A DNA stretch of 20,890 nt, from NCBI GenBank assembly GCA_046754105.1, contig JBHHVD010000059.1:1-20890 (forward strand), given 5' to 3'. Within the stretch, counting starts at the first letter, position 1. Every line of letters begins with the position of its first letter. The notes beneath the pieces are model-generated. The model saw nothing but the letters and a program-made list of their open reading frames with translations, was not told the DNA's origin and did not search any database. The DNA comes from Candidatus Krumholzibacteriia bacterium (GTDB taxonomy: Bacteria > Krumholzibacteriota > Krumholzibacteriia > WVZY01). Positions 1 to 6,378 of this stretch are shown one piece after another. The translations under genes were made by a program, and so were the position numbers.

Positions 1-385
1 CGAGGATTTTCGTTAGCTCCATGTCATCAAAGCCGAGCGATGAGAGATCGAAATCGATGTCGAGGTTGAGTTCTGAGATGAGCTTGTTAAGCAGCTCAGG
101 ATCCCACTCAGCGATCTCCGCCGTCTTGTTGTCGGCGATGGCGAATCCGGTGAACTTGGAGCCCACAAGTCCCGGAACCCGGATCACGGGGACTCTCTTC
201 AGGCCGAGTTTGTGGGCCGCCTTCATACGCGTGTGGCCGGCCGCAATCCGAAGGTCGCCGTCGGTGATGATCGGGTTGTTGAAGCCGTACGCCTGAATGG
301 ACCGGGCCACTGCATCCACGGCTTCGTTGTTGTGGCGCGGGTTTTGTTCGTTGGGCCGGAGCTGGTCGGTGGGTATCTGTTCCAC
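1..385 (-). CDS. ParB/Srx N-terminal domain protein (phage-type ParB-DNA methyltransferase N-terminus), partial; 3' end lies beyond the window
   Basis: Manual translation of the minus strand: VEQIPTDQLRPNEQNPRHNNEAVDAVARSIQAYGFNNPIITDGDLRIAAGHTRMKAAHKLGLKRVPVIRV...FAIADNKTAEIAEWDPELL...LSSLGFDDMEL. The NPR, GF-xx-P, GHxR, ADNK-xx-E-xxx-WD and GF motifs are typical of ParB-N domains fused to phage methylases. The frame is open to position 1. The start is uncertain (GTG at 385, or in-frame GTG at 472). Confidence 0.85.
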   Translation of the reverse strand, partial: MEQIPTDQLRPNEQNPRHNNEAVDAVARSIQAYGFNNPIITDGDLRIAAGHTRMKAAHKLGLKRVPVIRVPGLVGSKFTGFAIADNKTAEIAEWDPELLNKLISELNLDIDFDLSSLGFDDMELTKIL

Positions 386-552
386 GACCAGTGGTGGGGT
401 GCTCTTCTCACTCCGGGAACCGTTTGCCGGCGCACGGCGGTTCCGAGAAGGAAGTAAGTAGGCGGTGTTCACAGTATATACCGCAGCAGGGCTCGCGATG
501 GAACCCGTTTCCATACCCGTGAAACACGGTGGTTTCGATGTCACACTCACTA

Positions 553-734
553 AATGGGGCAATAAAAACCAATTATTACCCCCTTAATCGCCCTGAATAC
601 CCCCTTTTGAATGGCGCGTGGAATTGGCCCGATCCCTGCTCGCGGCCCAGGACAACGGGGGATTTCCTTGATTCTCCACGATAATCGGGTAATAATGGGC
701 TTGTATTACCCCCTTTTTGCCGGGTTACCCCATT
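553..734. repeat. Array of six 12-bp TATTACCCCCTT-like motifs arranged as two triads
   Basis: 553-564(-) TATTGCCCCATT; 574-585(+) TATTACCCCCTT; 595-606(+) GAATACCCCCTT; 683-694(-) TATTACCCGATT; 704-715(+) TATTACCCCCTT; 723-734(+) GGTTACCCCATT. Both inverted pairs have 9-nt spacers. Confidence 0.7.
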
Positions 735-751
735 CGACGAGGAGCGGGCTC

Positions 752-1825
752 GTGCGGTCACTAAACCTTAACTACTTGAAATCTATTACGTTAACTCCGA
801 TGCAGGGCTCCACGCTAAAGAAAATCGGGGAGTTCCAGGGGAAACAGGCGCTTTTTGCACGGCAGACCCCGGAGGTGCTCGAATCGCTCAAACGGGTCGC
901 CCAGATCGAGTCGAGCGAGTCGTCGAACCGCATCGAGGGCGTAACGGCCTCCCCCGGCCGCGTCAAGGCCATGGTCATGGAATCTTCCCAGCCCCAGGAC
1001 CGCCCCGAACAGGAGATCGCCGGCTACCGCGACGCGCTCGAGCTGATCCACGAGTCCGCCGAGTACATGGCGCTATCGCGGATGAGTATCAAACAGATGC
1101 ACTCGATGCTCTACCGCTACCTGCCGGAGACCGGGGGCCAATGGAAGCGGCGCGACAACAAAATCATCGAAGTGACGGACAAGGGCCAGGAGGTCCGTTT
1201 CGAGCCGGTCAGCGCAAAGAAGACACCGGAGGCGATCGAAACCCTGGTGCGCAACTTCGACCAGGCGGTCAACCAGCACGGACTCGAACCGCTAATCGTG
1301 GTGCCGCTGGCGATGCTCGATTTCCTTTGCATCCACCCGTTTACCGACGGTAACGGACGAGTGTCCCGTCTCCTTACCCTTCTGTTGCTCTATCATTTTG
1401 ATTACCACGTCGGCCGATACATCAGCCTCGAGCGCATCGTCGAAGAATCGAAAACGACCTACTACGAAACCCTCAAACAGAGCTCGCAGAAATGGCACGA
1501 AGGCGAGCACGATCCCCACCCGTGGATGAACTATTTCTGGGGTGTTCTGCTGCGCGCCTACCAGGAGTTCGAGGACCGCGTGGGCGAGGTTCGCACCAGC
1601 AAGCTATCGAAGAACGAGCAGATCCGAATGGCCGTGGACCGCAAGATCGGCCTCTTCGCCATCTCCGACATCGAGAGCGACTGCCCGCACATCAGCCGCG
1701 ACATGATTCGCCTCGTTCTGAGGGAACTGCGCGACGAGGGCGTCCTCGGCGTACGCGGGCGCGGGCGTGGGGCCAAATGGCTGCGCACCGCGGACAAGTC
1801 GCCGGAACCGGCTGAAAAGAAGTGA
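752..1825 (+). CDS. Fic family protein (class II, AMPylase-like) with probable C-terminal winged HTH
   Basis: Canonical Fic motif HPFTDGNGRVSR (1334-1369) and N-terminal inhibitory motif SNRIEG (923-940). The C-terminus FAISDIESDCPHISRDMIRLVLRELRDEGVL..GRGRGAKW is wHTH-like. GTG at 752 follows GAGGAG, so it is preferred over the ORF-track start at 611. Confidence 0.92.
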   Translation: MRSLNLNYLKSITLTPMQGSTLKKIGEFQGKQALFARQTPEVLESLKRVAQIESSESSNRIEGVTASPGRVKAMVMESSQPQDRPEQEIAGYRDALELIHESAEYMALSRMSIKQMHSMLYRYLPETGGQWKRRDNKIIEVTDKGQEVRFEPVSAKKTPEAIETLVRNFDQAVNQHGLEPLIVVPLAMLDFLCIHPFTDGNGRVSRLLTLLLLYHFDYHVGRYISLERIVEESKTTYYETLKQSSQKWHEGEHDPHPWMNYFWGVLLRAYQEFEDRVGEVRTSKLSKNEQIRMAVDRKIGLFAISDIESDCPHISRDMIRLVLRELRDEGVLGVRGRGRGAKWLRTADKSPEPAEKK

Positions 1826-2232
1826 CTTCCAAGGCGGATGCATCCGGGTCTCCCCGGGCGCGCGTTGCAGATTGAGCGCCTCCGTCTCATTTTCTCCTGC
1901 AGCCCTGGAGTTTTCGTGCCGGGACGGCGAACCGCCCGGCTCCCCGCCCGGCGCGGCGCCCGCGGCCGGCCGACGCCCAACCGGCTAACCCCCTTTCCTG
2001 CAATAGAATAAGGGCGGCCTTTTTCGGCCTTCTCTTCCGGGGTCGAATGCCCCACCCGTGGCCACAGGCGGGAAATGCGGGGAATGGAACTTGCACACCG
2101 CCAACTCGCCACTCTGCGCGAAAACGCGCCGCCACCCGGTGCCGGAGCAACACGGGCCCGGGCGAGGGCCGATTGTACGCGGAGCATCAATTCTGGCCGG
2201 GATTTGCACCCAACAATCGAGAGGTAATGATA

Positions 2233-2715
2233 ATGAATATGAATTCCCAGCGCGGCATCACGCTCGCCGAGATGATGGTCACGATATCGATCATCGGCAT
2301 CATGGCGGTCGTATCGGTACCGGCGTTCGTCAAGCGTAACGAAGCCCAGAAGCTGCAGGTTGCGGCCAACCTGGTTTCGACCAAGGTAATGATGGCCCGG
2401 CAAAACGCCGTGGCCAAGAAGGCGCGCTACCGGATCGAGTTCAACTACACCACGCGCAAATTCCGCATGCTGCGGGAGGCGACGCCGGGGGTGTGGGAAC
2501 TGGATCCCCCGAACAACATGTACGAGATCCCGGCCGGGATCATCATCAGTTCGACGAGCACGCCCGCGGACGGGACGATCGAAATAGAGCCGCGGGGCAC
2601 GGTCAACCAAACCGACCTGCCCGTTGTCATACGGCTCAAGGACAACAACAACGTTCTCAAGAGCATCCGCGTGTCGCGCGCGGGGATGGTAAAAGAGTCC
2701 AACCTCTGGGACTAG
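2233..2715 (+). CDS. Type IV minor pilin / pseudopilin, FimT/FimU-GspH-like
   Basis: Class III signal peptide SQRG|ITLAEMMVTISIIGIMAVVSVP with Glu+5. The ARQNAV motif and the C-terminal IEIEPRG and IRVSRAGMVK segments are typical of FimT/GspH. RBS GAGGT at 2221-2225; ATGs at 2227, 2233 and 2239. Confidence 0.85.
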   Translation: MNMNSQRGITLAEMMVTISIIGIMAVVSVPAFVKRNEAQKLQVAANLVSTKVMMARQNAVAKKARYRIEFNYTTRKFRMLREATPGVWELDPPNNMYEIPAGIIISSTSTPADGTIEIEPRGTVNQTDLPVVIRLKDNNNVLKSIRVSRAGMVKESNLWD

Positions 2716-2745
2716 CGCGTCCCGGAAAATCGCGGGAGAGGATCG

Positions 2746-3264
2746 ATGAAATTCATCGGGGTCAATGAAAAAGGAATGTCTCTGATCGAGATCATGGTGG
2801 CGATGGTGCTGTTCTCCATCGGCATTCTCTCGCTCGGGATGTTCATTCCCTACTCGACAAAGAAACTGGTCAACGCAGGTGCCCGCACTACGTCGGTCAC
2901 CATCGCGCAAAGCATCATCGACGAAGCGATGACCAAGAGCTTCGACGACAACGAGGCAAGTGGTGCGCTGCAGGGCCTCGTGAATATCACGCCGAATGAC
3001 ATGACGAATCCCGGATCGCTGGGACCGGACGGCGTAGAGACACAAGCAACGTTCAACGACGTCGACGACTTCAACGGGCTGGCCCTCGACCCCGTGCCGG
3101 GCAACAACACGTACGCGGCCAATGTTGTAGTGGAGTACAGCACCGCGCAGGGAGACAGCGCCAGCGCAACCGCGACTTTTTACAAGAAAATCAGTGTTAC
3201 CGTCACGCCAAAAGGTGGAAGAGAGCCGGTTACTATGTCGTCTGTGGTTTCGTTCAAAGGATAG
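2746..3264 (+). CDS. Type IV minor pilin, PilV/GspI/MshD-like
   Basis: Prepilin signal NEKG|MSLIEIMVAMVLFSIGILSL. The LGPDGVETQATFNDVDDFNG motif resembles MshD, and the C-terminus has a KKISVTVT strand. RBS GAGG upstream. Confidence 0.85.
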   Translation: MKFIGVNEKGMSLIEIMVAMVLFSIGILSLGMFIPYSTKKLVNAGARTTSVTIAQSIIDEAMTKSFDDNEASGALQGLVNITPNDMTNPGSLGPDGVETQATFNDVDDFNGLALDPVPGNNTYAANVVVEYSTAQGDSASATATFYKKISVTVTPKGGREPVTMSSVVSFKG

Positions 3265-3269
3265 CGGCC

Positions 3270-6200
3270 ATGAAAGATTCAACGTCCAAACGCTCCGGTT
3301 TCACGCTCGTCGAGATGCTCGTTACCATTGCCATTTTCGGCGTCATCATCGGGGCCATATACCAACTCTTGATTTCGAGCACGGACACCGTCAGCCGGGG
3401 CAAGATTGCGGCCAACGTCCAGCAGAACGTCCGCGTGGGGATGGACGAGATGCTCAAGGACATCCGGCAAACCGGGTATGGTATCTCGACGCCGCCGGCG
3501 TTTTCCGTGGCCGGTGACACCGAAATCCGTTTCTGGGCGGATATCGACAACCAGGCTCCAACGGACCTCCTGCGGTATTTCATGGGCCCGGCGGCCGAAC
3601 TGGCCGACACCCGCAACCCGAACGACGCCTTTCTCTACCGGCAGGATCTGGCCTCCGGTGGCGGGCCGATACCGATCGCCCAGGGTGTTACCCAACTCCA
3701 GTTTCAGTATTACGACGCCGACGGCGTCGCGCTCTTGAACGGCGCCGCGGTCGCGTCCGACGTGGGCGTCGCCGACCTGAACGGGAACGGCGAACCGGAC
3801 ATCGAGGACATCCGTTCCGTAGAAGTAACGCTCATCTTCGAGTCGGAACGGCCCGACCCGAAGGTCAGCTTCAACAACGGATACCTCCAATACTCGCTCT
3901 CTACCAAAGTATTTCCGGTAAACCTCGACCTCATCGCCATGCAGGGGGAGCCAGACAGTCTGATCGGCATGGTGATCCTACCGGACCCCGCCCCCACGAT
4001 CCTGGTGGGGGACGATTTCCAGTTCACGGCGATCGGCACCTTCGCCAACGCAGGCACCCGAGACCTGACCGCGCTGTGCACCTGGATCTCGAGCGACACA
4101 TCGGTGGCGAGCGTCGGATCTTTCATCGGCGGCATCGCCTACAACGACGAGGGTCTGGCGACGGCCAAAGCGGGAGGCAACACGACTATTTCCTGCTCGT
4201 ACAAGGGGTTCCCCTCTTCCAACTCCGTACTGCTGAAGGTCGGCGGGCCGGAAACGCTGCTCGTCAAGATCAACGGATCGCCCTTCTTCGCCATGCTGGC
4301 CGGCTCCGCCACCAGCGTGACGCTGACGGCTCAGGTCACCGACATCCCGTACGCCGGCAGCAACATCATCGCCGCGGCGTGGGACATTCCCATTGTGGGG
4401 ATGTCGGGCCCGATGGCCGCGGTCGACGGGGCATTCGACTCACCGATCGAAAACGTCGTCGCGGTGATCGACATCACCGGCTTTAGCGTGGCGGGCAGCC
4501 CGTACGTATTCAACGTCCGTGGCAGATCGGCGGATAACCCCCTGTCGTGGGGTGCGAGGGACAACGCCATTCTCGCGGTGCTCCCCGGTGACAACCTCGG
4601 ACCGGTCGTCACCGGTTTGACCGCCGCCCCCGCCGCCACGATCCCCGAGGGCACGCCCGTCGTCACCATCAGCGGTGATCTCGACGATAACCCGCGCGGC
4701 GGCTCGAACATTCTCGAAGGCGAGTACTTCGTCGGCGTCCTCGGCTCCCCAGGGTTTGGTGCGGCCGTCACGGCGAGCGACGGCCTTTTCAACTCGCCCC
4801 TGGAAGCCTTCAACTTCGACCTCGATACCTCGACCTGGCTGAAGGTCGCGTCACCCTACCGCGTGTTCGTGATCGGCCGGGACGACGTCGGCAACTGGGG
4901 CAACGCGGATTTCATCGACATTATCGTCACGCCGACCGACACCGACCCGCCGCTGGTGACCGCACTCACCGGGCCGGGGAGCATCTCCACCGGTACGACG
5001 CTGGTGCCCCTGGACGGGACCGCCAGCGACGCGACTACCGGTGGGTCCAACATTGTAGCGGTGGAGGCGTTCGCGGACGTCGACCCGGGTACCGGCGCCG
5101 GGACGCCGATGTCGCCGACGGACGGCGCTTTCGACTCGCCGGATGAAACGTTCAGCGGCAGCGTCAATTCGTTCTCGTGGGCGGCCGGTTCGAACCACGT
5201 GGTCTACGCCAGGGCGCAGGACGCCGACGGCAACTGGGGGCCGACCCGGACCATCAACGTCAGTGTGACGTCCACCGTCAACGGTAAGGACGCCGTGATC
5301 GCCCTCTCCACGGGCGACTTCGAGGTCTGGCGCGGGGACGGGGTCGGGGGGTTCAGCGGCAAGGACACGTACAGCACCCTCCTCAATATCAGCGATATGT
5401 TTCTCGTGGACGTCAACCTCGACACGCGCACCGACGTCATCGTGGGGTCGAGGGAGGGCGACATCCAGGTGTGGCTGAACGACGGCTTTGGCGGCCTCGG
5501 TGTGATGCCGGCGCAGACCATCACCGTCCCCGAGGTCGTGGGCGGCGTCGTCTCCGGCGACTTCAACGGCGACACCGCGCCCGACCTGGTGGTCGCGACC
5601 CAGGGCGTGGGACTCGTCCTCTACTACCAGAACGACGGCGCGGGCAACCTGCTCACGTCCAACTACCTGACCTACGAGGACACGCACCTCGACACGATCG
5701 AGATGGCGGCGGCGGCCGATTTCAACAACGACTCGTTTCTCGACGTTCTGATCGCGGGAAAGCGTACCTCGTCGTCGGTGCAGGAGTTCCAGCCGCTGCT
5801 CCACCCGGGTGCGGCGGGCGGCGACTGGAACACGCAGAGCCACCGGCACTACGACATGGACCTCGCCGGCGTCGGCGTGGCGGACTACAACATGGACGGC
5901 ATCTGCGACGTCGTCGTGGCAGTGAACGACGCGACGTCGAACGGCCTGCAGGTGTGGGCGGCCGACGGAACCGGCAGTTTCAGCTTACAGCCCATACAGT
6001 TGTGGAACGACCTCATCCTGTCGTTTCACACCATGGACTACGACCGCGACGGCGACTGGGACGTTCTGCTCGGGACCCAGGGTGCCAGCGGGCAGGAAAT
6101 CTACGTAAGTCCCAACAACGGCAGCGGGCTTTTCGACACCGTAAGCCCGGTGCAGGTGGCGGTCGGCCTGCCCATGACGGCGGTGTCCTTCGGCTTCTTC

Positions 6201-6362
6201 GACACGGACGCGGACCCGGACGTTGTATCGGCGGGCTCCGCCTCGGGCAGTCTCTATACGTTTTTGCAGCAGCCAACGAACGACCTGTTACAAAGTGTCA
6301 ATTCACCGTTCCTGTCGGGCGCATCGGCCGTCCTGGTACGGGTTGGAGAAATCGGCAACTAA
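3270..6362 (+). CDS. Giant PilW/GspJ-like minor pilin fused to Ig-like domains and an FG-GAP (VCBS) beta-propeller
   Basis: Signal KRSG|FTLVEMLVTIAIFGVIIGAI and PilW-type DIRQTGY and LQFQYYD motifs. A Big_2-like domain (QFTAIGTF..TWISSDTSVASV..GLATAKAGGNTTI) lies at ~3957-4242, three GSNI..DGxFxSPxE repeats at ~4248-5285, and about seven DxNxDxxxD blades at ~5289-6359. Confidence 0.88.
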   Translation: MKDSTSKRSGFTLVEMLVTIAIFGVIIGAIYQLLISSTDTVSRGKIAANVQQNVRVGMDEMLKDIRQTGYGISTPPAFSVAGDTEIRFWADIDNQAPTDLLRYFMGPAAELADTRNPNDAFLYRQDLASGGGPIPIAQGVTQLQFQYYDADGVALLNGAAVASDVGVADLNGNGEPDIEDIRSVEVTLIFESERPDPKVSFNNGYLQYSLSTKVFPVNLDLIAMQGEPDSLIGMVILPDPAPTILVGDDFQFTAIGTFANAGTRDLTALCTWISSDTSVASVGSFIGGIAYNDEGLATAKAGGNTTISCSYKGFPSSNSVLLKVGGPETLLVKINGSPFFAMLAGSATSVTLTAQVTDIPYAGSNIIAAAWDIPIVGMSGPMAAVDGAFDSPIENVVAVIDITGFSVAGSPYVFNVRGRSADNPLSWGARDNAILAVLPGDNLGPVVTGLTAAPAATIPEGTPVVTISGDLDDNPRGGSNILEGEYFVGVLGSPGFGAAVTASDGLFNSPLEAFNFDLDTSTWLKVASPYRVFVIGRDDVGNWGNADFIDIIVTPTDTDPPLVTALTGPGSISTGTTLVPLDGTASDATTGGSNIVAVEAFADVDPGTGAGTPMSPTDGAFDSPDETFSGSVNSFSWAAGSNHVVYARAQDADGNWGPTRTINVSVTSTVNGKDAVIALSTGDFEVWRGDGVGGFSGKDTYSTLLNISDMFLVDVNLDTRTDVIVGSREGDIQVWLNDGFGGLGVMPAQTITVPEVVGGVVSGDFNGDTAPDLVVATQGVGLVLYYQNDGAGNLLTSNYLTYEDTHLDTIEMAAAADFNNDSFLDVLIAGKRTSSSVQEFQPLLHPGAAGGDWNTQSHRHYDMDLAGVGVADYNMDGICDVVVAVNDATSNGLQVWAADGTGSFSLQPIQLWNDLILSFHTMDYDRDGDWDVLLGTQGASGQEIYVSPNNGSGLFDTVSPVQVAVGLPMTAVSFGFFDTDADPDVVSAGSASGSLYTFLQQPTNDLLQSVNSPFLSGASAVLVRVGEIGN

Positions 6363-6378
6363 CCTGGAGGTACTCCCT

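Noticed and set aside
611..751. N-terminal extension of the Fic ORF in the ORF track
   Set aside because: It runs through the AT-rich repeat/promoter region. GTG 752 has a good RBS and a family-like N-terminus.
1604..1855. Minus-strand ATG 1843 with GGGGAG RBS as the 5' end of a host gene disrupted by island insertion
   Set aside because: Only about 6 codons lie outside fic, no family is recognisable, and no att duplication is visible.
2036..2064. GGGGTCGAATGCCCC...CCA resembling a tRNA T-arm/3' end (possible att site)
   Set aside because: The loop is not TTCGAAT, the acceptor spacing is wrong, and there is no D or anticodon arm.
2193..2208. CTGGCCGGGATTTGCA as a sigma54 promoter
   Set aside because: The GG-to-GC spacing is 9 nt, whereas sigma54 requires 10.
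1558..3282. 574-aa minus-strand ORF
   Set aside because: Antisense shadow of fic and the pilin genes; Arg-rich with no recognisable motifs.
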